DNA of 64,000 bases from Podarcis muralis (lineage: Eukaryota): positions 27,838,001 through 27,902,000 of the forward strand of contig NC_135655.1 of the NCBI RefSeq assembly GCF_964188315.1, read 5' to 3'. Made by a program: the position numbers and the translations under genes. This document shows positions 1 through 11,620 of this stretch, in pieces. The first letter of the stretch is position 1. Each line of letters starts with the position of its first letter. The notes beneath the pieces were generated by a model, which did not search any database, had not been told where the DNA came from, and saw only the letters and a list, made by a program, of their open reading frames with translations.

Positions 1-1612
1 AAATAACAAATGTGGAGAAGGGGGGTGGGAATAAGAAGAAAGCACAAATAAAATTAAAAAAACAATTTAGACTCCCTCAAAGAGTCTTTTTAGTGGTCAT
101 GAACTGGCTGATGGAGCTCATTCTTAAACCACCACAGTGGGGAGAATGGGCCAGCTTCCATCTGAAACAGCCACAACAGGCATCTTGGGCGGTGATGACA
201 GTTTGCTGGCCCTAGTAAATTCCCTCTCCTCCCATGCTCAGGAGAGGCTATCTCTAAATAGGGTCGCAGTGAGCTTCTACACCTCTCTTGGCCATTTCGT
301 TGTCTGGAAAGAAATCCACATGCCTTCTTCGTTTTGTTATCATTATGAACATTCTGCATTCTAGCCATGAACTTTGGCCGTTATACTAGGCACCGAGTAA
401 CCGCATAACATACGGGATGTGGTCCCTGTCCAAAGAATTTACAGTCTCTCTAAGGCTGTGCAGTTAAAATCTCCTAAGCTGGATGAGAACTGACAAGTCA
501 AAAGATTAAAGATGTAATAGAGGTGCTTAAGGAAACTAAAGAGTCACGAGATAAGTGTGTGTGTGTATGTGGGGGGGGATCCTGCCAATGAGTCAGCAAC
601 AGATTTTTTTTAATGGAAATATAATCGAAACTATAGGAAGGGAGGACTGGCCCATAGGGAAATAGAAGATTTCCAAATGGGCCATTCAAGGTGGGTCAGA
701 GAAATATAGGAAGTTCTTTCTGTCTCAGAAGAGGCACTATGGCCCTGCTGAGAAATAAAGTTGAAGGGCCTGGGGCTTCTAGCTCCCTTACCAGACACAC
801 TTCCAAATGCCACAAACACTGAGGTAAAGCTTCAACCTTAGCAAGGTGTTTTTTCTTTTCTTTTAAAACTCAAGCTATGCTGACAAATGGATGGGTGAAG
901 GGCAATTCCTGTGCATTATATTCCACAGACATCATCAAATCACCACGGAGTCCTTGCAAGTCTATAGGCACCTAATGTTTGGCAGGAACCTTTCTCAACA
1001 GGAGGCATCAGAGAAGAGTGGACTTGTCTCACTTGTCAGAAACAAGATAGTGGAGCATGATATGGTGTATGCTTTCTCACATTCATATATATTTTATATG
1101 CTGGAAGGTGAAAGGGCGCCTTTGCTAAAACTGCTTTGTTGGTGAGAGAGAGTTGGTTTGTGTTGTCACCTTTGTACATATTTATACAATGCAAGTGAAA
1201 GGGCACATTTGCTATCTTGGCGCTTGGAAGAGGTTATTATGGTGTCATTGTTGATGGTTTCCCAAAGTTGGTCCCCGGGAGTGTTGCAGAGGTGGAAAAG
1301 GGACAGAGAGAATGATAGGCAATATAGATAGCTACTAACAGCAGGCTGACATGTTAGAGTCATTCTTTCTCAATGTGGTGCTTCTCCTTATGCAAAAAGT
1401 CCCTTGTGCAAAGTGCACTGCATGCTATCATAGGAACATAGTTGTAGAAATGTGTTGATTTATCTCATGGAAGTTTGTTGGCCAGGCAATTTAAAACAAA
1501 CTGCATTGCTGTTTCTGTGATTTACTAAAGGATACTCTGTCAAATTAACTTTGGAATGCCATAACACTTTGAATCTAAGTCTTAGATAGTATGGCTAAGG
1601 GCTTGGCAGTCA

Positions 1613-2165
1613 CAGACCCTCCAAGTGTTCCTTTTTTCCAGGGACGTCCCTGATTTAGAGAAGCTGCCCTGGTTTATTATTTGATCCCGGAATGTCCACT
1701 TTTCCTTAGAATGTCCCTATTTTCACTGGTGAAATGTTGGAGGGTATGGAGTTCTCCAACCCTGAGCCATCTGAAGGCAATTCTGTACAGTCAAACCTTG
1801 GTTCCTGAACGGCTCCATTTTGGAACGTTTCGGCTCCTGAACACCGAAACCCCGGGAGTAAATGCTCTGGTTTTCTAACGTTTTTTGGAAACCGAACGTC
1901 TGACACGGCTTCCGCTTGAGTACAGGAAGCTCCTGCAACCAATCGGAAGCCGTGCCTCGGTTGTCAAACATTTGGGGAGCCAGCCGAACGGGCTTCCGGA
2001 ACAGATTATGTTCAACAACCAAGGTTTGACTGTATAGGGAAGGTTTTACTTGTTTTTTTTTTTAAGTTTAATGGTTTATTATGTTTTTATATATTTTGGG
2101 ACCCGCCAAGAGTGGCTGGGGCAACCCAGTAAGATGTGTGGGGAATAAGTAGTAAAATTATCGTT
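1613..2165 (-). mobile_element. Composite non-autonomous TIR element carrying an L2-like 3' tail; interrupted by a Tc1/pogo MITE
   Basis: CAGACCCTCCAAGTG (1613) and ATGTTGGAGGGTATG (~1749) are inverted termini; 1750-2165 is the reverse complement of the L2-like segment at ~62135-62295. Confidence 0.6.
1788..2032. mobile_element. Tc1/mariner-pogo (Tigger-like) MITE
   Basis: Perfect 16-bp TIRs CAGTCAAACCTTGGTT / AACCAAGGTTTGACTG; TA at 1786-87 and 2033-34. Confidence 0.9.
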
Positions 2166-2605
2166 GCCAAATTTCTTATGATGCTTTTATGCTTGGTCAT
2201 CTACTTTTCCCACGGTTCCCATATCGGAAGATCAACATGCATATGTATGGCATCATGGGCTAAGGAGATTAGACCTAAAGGTGTGTGTCTGTGTGGGTTA
2301 GCTGAGAACTTTCTCTGCCCTTTTAATATTCCTGGGGGGAAATATACAAGTGTTGTAAACAAGCAATTCTAAATAAGCCTCCACTATGCAATTTCCCCCT
2401 AAACTGGAGTAAGGCTTTTCTGTTGAATCATCAGAATTGTGAGACTGTGTGCAAAGAAAACCCAAGAGGGGCCACCATTTAATTTTTTGAACACTAGGGA
2501 CAGGGAAAGTCAAAGAAGAATGGGTAACAATACACAGTGGTTACAGATGGCAACTTGCAGTTTGGAGATGGTCCTGAAATTTTGTTAGAGATCTGTAGTC
2601 CCTCT

Positions 2606-2894
2606 CAGTGTTATTTTTCTCAAAAAAGAGGTGCTGGAACCAGTGCTTTTTTCTTAAAAAAATGTTTAGGGGTACTTTCATTTTCCTAACTCATATTGAA
2701 ATACTGCCCCTCAATGAGGCCAAACTCAGAGTCACAAAATGTTTAGGGGTATGTGTACCCCTGTGTGTCCCAGAAAAAAAGCACTGGCCGGAATTCACCA
2801 TGAACACCTCCCTTGCTCTCTTATAATAGCAATGGTGCCCACCTGAGAGGTGCTGGAACTGAGTTCCAGCGAGTTCTGGCTGAAAAAAGTCCTG
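2606..2894. mobile_element. hAT MITE (outer element of a nest)
   Basis: Perfect 8-bp TSD GTCCCTCT (2598-2605, 2895-2902); imperfect TIRs CAGTGTTATTTTTC / GAAAAAAGTCCTG. Confidence 0.85.
2641..2786. mobile_element. hAT MITE (inner); same family as 52062-52210
   Basis: TIRs CAGTGCTTTTTT / AAAAAAGCACTG; degenerate 8-bp TSD GCTGGAAC / GCCGGAAT. Confidence 0.9.
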
Positions 2895-4189
2895 GTCCCT
2901 CTCACAAAACTCTGGTTGTCAGGCTACATTGGGGAGAGAGATTGTTTAAACCAAATTAAGTCAGTTGTATCATAGGGATATCATAGCAAGCAAAGAACAT
3001 TGCACCTAGAATGATGTTTACAGTATAGGAAAGTCAGATGCATATATTGTATGTTCCTTAAAGCAGTTTGTGTGTATATCAGGTTGGTTTAAGTCAAGTC
3101 ATTTGAAAATGCCACTCAACGGTACAGAGAAATTTCTGGAAGTGGATGCTCTATCCTGAACTTGCTTGTTAGCAATTTAATACAAAGATTCACTTGATGG
3201 CAGCTCTGATAGTTTTGGAACCTCTGAGTATTTTTGTTTTGTTTATTTGGGCAACCTGTAGGAGCAACTTTTTACCAAAATCTCTTTTTCCTGTCAGAGA
3301 ATATCTGGAAATTTTCAGGGAGAGGAAGGTTTATCTGCTCTTCCCCCATTCCACCAGGCTTCTAAAGCTTTTAAAATTAACTTCTGGTGAATCCTAATAA
3401 ATTTCACACCTTGTTTTTATAAGGGGGAAAATCTAGTTTACTGTGCCCAACGCTAACAAAATAGCTTAGAGCAGCACTATTTATCTTAACTTAACCACAT
3501 GATTCAAATTTTCTTCATGACATGCAGTCCCCAAAAATATTTTTAGATATCCTGCAGTGACCCCCAACCCAAAATGCAATTAAATAATAGAATTTGTTCC
3601 GTGGGAAAGCTGTGCGGGTTATTATTGAAGCTTAGCAAAGCAGTTTCAGCCATTAATTTGCTTGTGGCAAATTATTTTTGCCGTGTTGGGATTCACCTGG
3701 TAGGAAGCCATTGCTTGGTAGGTGGTCATCTGAATTCACCCTGTGTGTTAATTAGATTGCCAACGTTTTTCTTGGGACCTGCTCCCATGCCGAACAGCTT
3801 GAACTACAGGCATTAACAAGTGACAATTCAGCCTGATTCAAGAAATCTTTTGGCAATTTTTAGTGGTAGCAAGGGCTATAAGGAATTCCAAAATTCAATC
3901 CTACACTTCCTTGGTTGTTTTCACAAGGGAATAAGACACTTCCCCCTCCTCTACAACATCCCATCCAGGAAGCAAAGGACACAGATTTACGGGGGATGTT
4001 TTTTTCTTCTTGCCACAAACCTTCCTGGAATTAATGGCAGCTTCACATTCATTTTAATGGAGCTTGTGCAGGTGGGTTGTGTTAATAATGTAAAAAAAAA
4101 AAATCTGCTTGAAAAAAATAGTAAGGATCCATATCTATAGGCTGACCCCAACAGACCATGGTGCACCAACATCTAACTACGTTGAGCAG

Positions 4190-4345
4190 CATCCTTGGCT
4201 GAGTGGTAGAGCACATGTCTTGCATACAGCCTGAATCCCAGCAGGATCTAAAAGGATCTTTGTTTGCAGGACTTTTGCTTTGGATCTTGGAGAGCTACTA
4301 CCATCCAGAATAGTAGACAATACTTAAGCTACACAATCAGATTCT
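4190..4345 (+). mobile_element. Old tRNA-derived SINE (Squam2/Anolis SINE2-like, name tentative)
   Basis: tRNA-like head TGGCTGAGTGGTAGAGCAC; body GGAGAGCTACTACCA...GTAGACAATACT shared with 5725-5880 and 43420-43550. Confidence 0.5.
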
Positions 4346-4416
4346 CTATAAGATACATAATGTGTCATCTAATATTTCCAGACCGCATCCAGCCAGCTTT
4401 TACTACCCGCTATTGA

Positions 4417-4751
4417 GGGACTCGGGCGGCACTGTGGGTTAAACCACAGAGCCTAGGACTTGCCGATCAGAAGGTCAGCAGTTTGAATCCCCGCAATGGG
4501 GTGAGCTCCCATTGCTCGGTCCCTGCTCCTGCCAACCTAGCAGTTCGAAAGCACGTCAAAGTGCAAGTAGATAAATAGGTACCGCTCCAGCGGGAAGGTA
4601 AACGGCGTTTCCATGCACTGCTCTGGTTTGCCAGAAGCAGATTAGTCATGCTGGCCACATGACCCAGAAGCTGTACCTTGGCCAATAAAGCGAGATGAGC
4701 ACCGCAAGCCCAGAGTCGGTCACGACTGGACCTAATGGTCAGGGGCCCCTT
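4417..4751 (+). mobile_element. Sauria SINE (subtype B)
   Basis: GGGAC..GGCGGCACTGTGG head; core CTAGCAGTTCGAAAGCAC, GCAAGTAGATAAATAGGTACC; TSD TATTGA (4411-16, 4752-57). Confidence 0.95.
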
Positions 4752-5724
4752 TATTGATGTGCAGCTCAAGGGTATATAAGTGGATATGGAGTTCTTTCTT
4801 TTGGTTCAGGCAAGCAACCATTTTTCTCCTTCTGGACTATTTGTGCAGTATGCCCTGTACCGTTTGAGTGTCCAGAAAGGGATAGCTTGAAAATTGGTTA
4901 TGCTGGCTGGATGCCCCTTAAGGGCAATAGCTGCGCCATGATTTGTTTGGGGGCCACAAGAAACACAGGATGAGACTCAAGCAGTTGATAAAAAAAAGAA
5001 AAAAGGCGGGAATGGGCCAAGCTTCCCTGGCTTTATGTAATCCTAATATGATAATCTTCTTCAGTAATTCGATACGTGCCCTTTGCCCTGTGAGGGATAA
5101 TGAGACAAAGTTCCACAGAAAATTAATTTTTAAAAGCCCATGCAAAGCCAAGGGCTTTTTTTTTGTTTTAGAAGAAAGATGTTGGCTCTCGCTTTGTGAA
5201 AGCTCCTTTATCACGCACACAGGGGAGAAGCTTTCACAATTAAAAGTAATGTGCAAAGAAAACCAGTGGTGTTTGAGCAGTGGTTTTAGCTCTATTAGAA
5301 AAAAAAGCACAACTGATTGAATTTATTTAAAGCGTGGTTTGGGATTGTGGCTAGCGGGTGCTCCAGCTCTACAAATAAATGATCACGCCAGCATCACCTT
5401 GGAAAGGGAGAAGAGCGAGCGGCCTCCCTCTGCCAGCCTCTTGCCAAGTTCTAGTTAACCTAGTTACAGTAAAGCCATTGTTGTATATTTAATGGAGCAA
5501 GCCCGCAAATCCACAGAGCATTTAGGATTTGCAGCGAGCGATCGTCACATGCTCTAGCTGCAACAGCTCAGTGGCTTACATGCTATCGGAGGTGGAGGGT
5601 GTCCAGGTGGAAATTCAAGAGACTTGTCAAATTCAAAGACGGTTCTGAAATAAAGGAATGTCTGCACAGGCGTTAGGCTTGTGGATATCTGGATGCATTG
5701 AGAATGGTGTAGCTTGAATGCAGG

Positions 5725-5880
5725 AGCCTGTGAAGCTGTCTTATACTTAGTCAGACTGTTGATCCACCTAGCTCAGTAGGCACCCCTACAGGGGTCTTTA
5801 CTTATTCTACCTGGACATGGCAAGGATTGAAACTTGGACCTTTTGCATGCAAAGGATGTGCTCTACTTACTGGACCACAG
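5725..5880 (-). mobile_element. Old tRNA-derived SINE (Squam2-like, tentative)
   Basis: Reverse complement gives AGTAGAGCACATCCTTTGCATGCAAAAGGTCCAAGTTTCAATCC (tRNA-like head) and tail CTGACTAAGTATAAGACAGCTTC. Confidence 0.55.
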
Positions 5881-7141
5881 TCCTCCTCCAAAGTTGAGCC
5901 AGGGTCACAGGGGTATCTTGCTCTTCATATTATCAGCATAAGCGGGGCCAGTCCTGCCATTAGGTAGAGTGAGGCACCTGCCTCATGCACATAACTGTCA
6001 ACTTTTCAGGTGTGGGGAATATTTGGTCCTCTAGATATCACCAAACTATAATTTCCATCAGCCTCAGTAAGCAGAGGTTATGGCAGTTGCAGCTCAGCAA
6101 TATCTGGAATGGCAAAAATCCCCACACCTGTCCTCTATTTACCTGTGAAGTGTTGGATGGGATGGTTACCCCAGGACAGCACTAAACTCAGTTCAGCCTT
6201 TGATTTGTTTACATATTTAAGGGGTAAATCAGTGGCTGAAGTGAGATGAAACAAGACTTGGCAAAATCTGTGTACCCTGAAGAAGCAGACTGAATATCAG
6301 GATTATATCTGATATGTGAAGTTCAAAAGTTCCACAGAGAAACCCAGTGACCCGTGAGTGATGCAAGACAGTCAGTAAAAGATGCTGGGTTGAAACACCT
6401 TTGGTATGCTTCATTTCTCCAGATAATAAATCCCAACTTAACTGCATAAACAGGTGCTAACAATACTACTTAAGACTGAAAATGATGTACGGTGGTGGGG
6501 AAACTGGAAGCTAAAGGAAAGGCAAATGTGAATATAAGAATTGTAAGAGCAACTTCAGCATGGTGAGACCAAAGGCCTACTATGACCAAGGCCTACTTGG
6601 CCATGGAGGAGTGTTTGCAAAGTGTCTGTGTGGAATGATGGAGGAAGAAGTGCAGGATCCACCCATTTGCTGCTCTATTTTGTTTTGCTGCTGGCCAGTC
6701 ATGTGGAGCAGTAGGCAGGCAGCTACTTAAGTGTGTGTATGTGTGCGCGCACATGCATTGGGGGGTGGGGGATCATGGAAACTGATTTCCATGAATGGAA
6801 GCCAGTTTCTTGGTTTGCTGCTTGAGGGACTTCTTGAAAAGGGGGAGTTGAGGGAAGAAATGCAGTAACTGTCCTGTTTCTGCTGTGCTTGTTTTGCTGC
6901 CTGTGGGCATCTGGAGCAGGCAGTTCCATGAGAAGACCTCATTTGAATATGAGGGTGGGGGACAGAATATGACAACCTTTTCTTGTTTCTGCTGCATGCC
7001 ATACAACAGCGATTGCTCTTAAGTTTTTTTTGGGGGGGGCAGTGCAGACATACCATCATCACATTTTTCTTTATTGTTCTCAAGTTTCTTTCTTGTGGGG
7101 AAGGAAGGCCAGTGCTGAGGGAGAGGGACCCAGTGCAGAGA

Positions 7142-7460
7142 CATCATCATCATCATCATTTAATTAAATTTATATTCTGCCCTTTCTCCCAAAAGGAGCC
7201 AAGGGCAGTAAAAACTGAGTGATGAAACAAGAAAAACATACTTAAAACAATTTCAGGACAGATGCAGGCTGGGACAAACGTCTCCACTTAAAAAGTTTAT
7301 TGGAAAAGCCAAAAAGGCAACAGAGACAGTGCCTGTCTAATATTTAAGGAGAGGAAATTCCAAAAGGTAGATGCCACAAGGCTAAAGGGCCAGATCCTAT
7401 ATTGTGCAGAAAGGACCTCCTGATAACATGGTATCTGCAGAAGGCCTTCGCCTCCATAAC
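7142..7460 (-). mobile_element. L2 LINE 3' fragment
   Basis: (CAT)n/TTTA tail then TATTCTGCCCTTTCTCCC..GGAGCCAAGGGCAG and GGAAATTCCAAAAGGTAGATGCCAC, similar to 33500-33720. Confidence 0.55.
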
Positions 7461-7773
7461 ACAGTGGTTGACTGGGTATATAAGGGCTGAGACAATTTTT
7501 CAGGTCATTGTTGTTATCATCACCATGCCAGGTTGTTTGGGTGCAGGGCAGTTCAAAGGCTTCACCATAATTTTACCATCCTAGTTAGTATCACATTTTT
7601 CCTGGTTGCACCTAAGGGTTCCTTTTGTGTGTATGTGTGGGGGGAGAGCACCAATTCCAGAGGCATCATTGTTATCATTACCTTTTCCTCCTGCTTCGCC
7701 CAAACTGGATTTGGTCCCAAGTTGTTTGGGGAGTGGGTAGCATAGCGCAAAGGCAGAAACATTGCTGTTATCA

Positions 7774-7908
7774 TAAGGTTACCAGATTTTTTTCCCAATG
7801 AGTCTGGGGACACTTTTCAACTTCAGATTAATTCAGTGGATTTTGTAAGGGGACTGACTTGTAAATCCGGCGACTGTCCCTGGGAAACAGGGATGTCTGG
7901 TAACCTTA
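7774..7908. mobile_element. hAT MITE
   Basis: Perfect 13-bp TIRs TAAGGTTACCAGA / TCTGGTAACCTTA; perfect 8-bp TSD TGTTATCA. Confidence 0.92.
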
Positions 7909-8019
7909 TGTTATCATCTCATTCATCCCTAATGTTCACATAGCCATGTTTGTAGAGGTGAACAAATGGAGCTCGTCCAAAAGGGCTGCACACAGGACCC
8001 CATGAGTCATACATTTGCC

Positions 8020-8140
8020 ACTGGTTAAAGTCAAATCTTACCTCTGCCACTGTGTGGTCTTGAAAACATCACTCTCAACATCAGCGATCCTTTTTGAAAC
8101 TGAGGGTACAGATATGATGATGTTTCTCAGAGAACTGTGA
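8020..8140 (+). mobile_element. MIR/CORE SINE fragment
   Basis: CAAATCTTACCTCTGCCACTGTGTGGTCTTG..ATCACT..CTCA.. resembles the MIR core. Confidence 0.45.
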
Positions 8141-8206
8141 GAGATAATATGAAAAAGATTACAGCAAAGCATTTTGTAATTTATATACAGTGTAAACAAT
8201 CCATAG

Positions 8207-8548
8207 GTTTGGGTCTAGTCATGAATGACTCTGGGGTTGCGGCGCTCATCTCACTTTACTGGCTGAGAGAGCCAGCGTTTGTCCGCAGACAGTTTTTCCG
8301 GGTCATGTGGCCAGCATGACTAAGCTGCTTCTGGCGAAACCAGAGCAGCGCACAGAAACACCGTTTACCTTCCTGCTGGAGTGGTACCTATTTATCTACT
8401 TGCACTTTGACGTGCTTTCGAACTGCTAGATTGGCAGGAGCAGGGACCGAACCGCAGGAGCTCACCCCGTCGTGGGGATTCGAACTGCTGATCTTCTAAT
8501 CGGCAAGCCCTAGTCCTTGTGGTTTAGACCACAGTGCCACCCGCGTCC
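8207..8548 (-). mobile_element. Sauria SINE (subtype B)
   Basis: Reverse complement of the SINE core; head ends CAGTGCCACCCGCGTCC; TCCATAG on both flanks. Confidence 0.95.
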
Positions 8549-9014
8549 ATAGTAGTGACTTATTTTAATTTGATGCAACCATGCCAGCAGTAAAAACACA
8601 AGATGGTTTTAGCTGTAGTCGTGACCCTAGTTGAGTCTGCTTGTTTGTACTTGGCTTCTAGCTTGTACAGACTGTCACCCTGTTCATGTGATTTTGTTGC
8701 CAAATCTTGCTTGATTTTTTAAGGCACTCACCATCTATTAATTTGGAGAATAAGTATTTTTAAAAATGTTATCTTTGGAGCTTAGAATTATGACCTGCAG
8801 GGGGGGGGGGAATATAACTGAGCAAAACAAGCTGAGTGCATGTCTGGGTAGCAGGAATATTTGTGGATTTCAGTAGAGATAGAAGCCTTAGTACCAGTAT
8901 CTCTTCCAATGACTTGGCAAACATCTTTGAATGGTCTCAGCCCTTCACTTTTCCCTCTTTCGGCAAATGAAATAATGAAGTCCAACACAAGGATTTTGTG
9001 CAGTCTAATATTTT

Positions 9015-9566
9015 TGTAGAGACATGAAGGCTTGCCAGGACCACATCATGAGCAGCAGTCTGAGCTCAAACCCAGACATGGATGAACCCACCAGCTCCAC
9101 TGGAGCAGTGGCATCACCGGTAACCAACTTGGGCTCCAGCACCATGATTTGGCTTGAGTCCATCAGATTGGGGGCCCTTGAGACAGGGACCCATGAATCA
9201 GGATCTCTGGAGTCCATACTCTCTGAGCTTGCACCCTTGAGGAATTAGGCCTGGAAGCCACATCTCCCCTGTGAGCCTGGAGTCAAAGGAATCCAAAAGC
9301 TTTGAGCTGGACCGGGACCTTTGAGCCTTCAGCCAAGTCCCAGACATTGTTGGAGCAAGTTGTTCACTTGGAGCTTTCCATGGTGCTGTCCCATGGGCTT
9401 CGAGTCAAGGTCAGGACAGGACAAGGTCCTTGAATGAAATGTGCTCATTGGGTATTGGGGGTGGGGAATGAAGGGTGGAAAAAACTCGTTCAGTGAGGAC
9501 AAGGTCAGGGCAGGCTGGAGCCATGGACTTCTTCCTGTCCACATGAAGGACTAGTTGATGTCTCCA
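9015..9566. mobile_element. Possible old solo LTR
   Basis: TGTAGAGACAT...ATGTCTCCA terminal inverted match; GAGTCC/GAGTCAAGG-rich interior; no TSD found. Confidence 0.25.
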
Positions 9567-10391
9567 TCCAGAGAAAAGAAGCTGCCAAAAGCTGCAACAT
9601 TTAATCACACACTAAATGTTTTCCCAGGATGTCTGAATGCACATCCAGCCATGATATCTGTGGCTTGACCTTGCTCAGTTTTCCATGGTCTGATGAAGAG
9701 GGTGATTGTCCAAAACTTGCTCTTTTCAAATGTGTGGTTAGGCCAGTAAAAGGGATCACACCTTCAGCGTCTTGTTTTAAAATTATTTTTGTAAAATGTT
9801 TGGGAAATGATGTAACGGCAAAGGCTGAAATAAAAGGAGAGCTCTCCCTTCCCCCTTGCATTTCAGAAAGAGTATTGGATGCCATTAAGGCAGTGTCAGT
9901 CCAGGGTCAGTATCAAAAGCTGCTAGAGACAGACAGAAAAGGAGTGATGACTGGGACACTTATTTGTAAAAATAATGTACATGCTTGAGTCTAAGGTGTG
10001 GCTGAACTGTTCTAAAGACTTCATTTTTCTTCTAGTTCACAGAAAATCTTCTGTTAAGGAAGAAAAATGATTTGTTTGATTCTGGTTCTGCAGTAAGTTT
10101 TGACTTTCCCCCCACCAGCCTAGCTTGGTTCTGGGGAACAGTGATCTGTCTTCCTGGGGCAGTTTGGCATCAGCCTAGATTGCTGGCACAGCTGTAACTA
10201 TCAGTGCCATTCACTAGAGTCAGATACATTTTCTGGGATTACACCTTTCTTATATTTAAGGGACTTTGTTCATAACAAGCTAACAAGACTTATGGAGTGT
10301 GGCAGACGGCAGAGAGGGGTGGAAACGTCCAATCTTTTCTCAACCCAGTCTGCCCTAACCAGGCATAACAAAGTGACCACCCTCTTTACCT

Positions 10392-10528
10392 GTGTACCAG
10401 GTTTGAGCACTGGACTAGAACTGGGAAGAACCAGGCTCAAATCCTGACTTCTGACATTCACTGGATGGTCTCAGGTCAGATGATCTTGCTCAGCCTGACC
10501 TATCTCTCATTGAGTTGTTAGGAGGATA

Positions 10529-10530
<2 letters not shown>
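10392..10530 (+). mobile_element. MIR-like SINE
   Basis: GAGCACTGGACTAGAACTGGGAAGAACCAGGCTCAAATCC head; CTCAGCCTGACCTATCTC..GTTGTTAGGAGGATAAA core. Confidence 0.6.

Positions 10531-10570
<40 letters not shown>
10531..10570. repeat. (GT)20 microsatellite
   Basis: Direct reading. Confidence 0.98.
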
Positions 10571-10572
<2 letters not shown>

Positions 10573-11234
10573 TGATGATGTACACCAACCTGAGTATAAT
10601 GGATGAACAGCAGGATAAAAATGTAATTTAAAAACTAAATATGTCAAGGCTATCTTTTATCTTTTTCATCTCATTAAAAACAGCAACTGTTTAATAGTTT
10701 CTTATACAAGTCTGCTCAGAAGTTAAATGGGACTTACTCCCAGGTAAGTGGGTCTAAGATTGCAGACTAAGTGCTTGGGGAGGTGGAAGCAAAACCTTCC
10801 AGCCATTTTTGCGGCTGCTTATAGGCCACCCTAATTTTCCTGAAATGAGGACTTTGTCTTACAGGAACAAAATCAACATGCGCAAGATGTGCCTGTCTAA
10901 CTGCAGTGATGAAAGAAACATTCCCGGTTTAACAAAAGGCAATTAGTGTAACTTAAGTTGTACTTTGAATAAAGTTTATTATTGTGCTCTTTTTGTTTTT
11001 GTCTGCCCAGTGGTGCTGGGCTTGGCCTTAAACTTTTGCTAGAGTTTGCTGGTTCAGTCAATAAACTTGAGGCCGTTCTCCACTCTTCATGCTTAATCCT
11101 TTGGTAGAACATTATTCTTTGAGCAGTATTGTGTTGAACACCCACAAGCTATTGAAATTATGCTTACCAACCACCCCTTCCCTAGTTGTCTAGGCAGGCT
11201 TGCTTGAACCTACCAGCAAAATAATTCTCTCTCG

Positions 11235-11620
11235 CGCTCTTATATATGGTTATATGCCCATGATAGCAGTTCACAATGACAATTGCAAACATCACAAAGC
11301 AGGTTTTAAAACTTCACATTTAAAATCTATGAGAGAACATTACAAAACAAGAGAAATACAAAATGCAAATAAAAAGAGAAACAAACAAAAATCAGTGAAA
11401 AAATAAGTTTTTAACTGACACCAACCAAAAATCTGTAAGAGTTTATGGAGACCATATCTGAAGGGAAATGTCGCTCCGTGGTTTGGACACCTGTATCAAG
11501 AACATTCTGCGAAGAAAGCCTGGGTGAAATAAAATAAGTTTTTAACTGATAGAAAAAAATCATAAGAATAACCACATGTCATATCTGGAGTTTGGGCAGC
11601 CTGTATCAAGAAACCCTATC
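11235..11620 (-). mobile_element. Decayed L2-like LINE 3' fragment
   Basis: A-rich stretch followed by AAAGCCTGGGTGAAATAAAATAAGTTTTTAACTG-type sequence typical of reversed L2 ends. Confidence 0.35.

Noticed and set aside
4417-4500. tRNA-like sequences with A/B boxes
   Set aside because: SINE heads; no complete cloverleaf.
4467-4769. Recurrent ORFs containing TCTLTCFRTARLAGAGTEQ (also 24728, 37942, 41528, 41607, 48917, 60395)
   Set aside because: Antisense translations of Sauria SINE copies, not a gene family.
7512-7917. TGTTATCAT occurring four times
   Set aside because: Two copies are the MITE's TSD; the rest are short AT-rich matches without regular spacing. Not a CRISPR-like array.
9688-9720. 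CTGATGA hammerhead-core starts (also 45880-45915 and 50500-50530 on the minus strand)
   Set aside because: No stem II followed by GAAA and no stem I/III; not hammerhead ribozymes.
11399-11612. Local duplicated motifs AAAATAAGTTTTTAACTGA and CCTGTATCAAGAA
   Set aside because: Unequal spacing inside a decayed LINE; most simply a small duplication in dead sequence.
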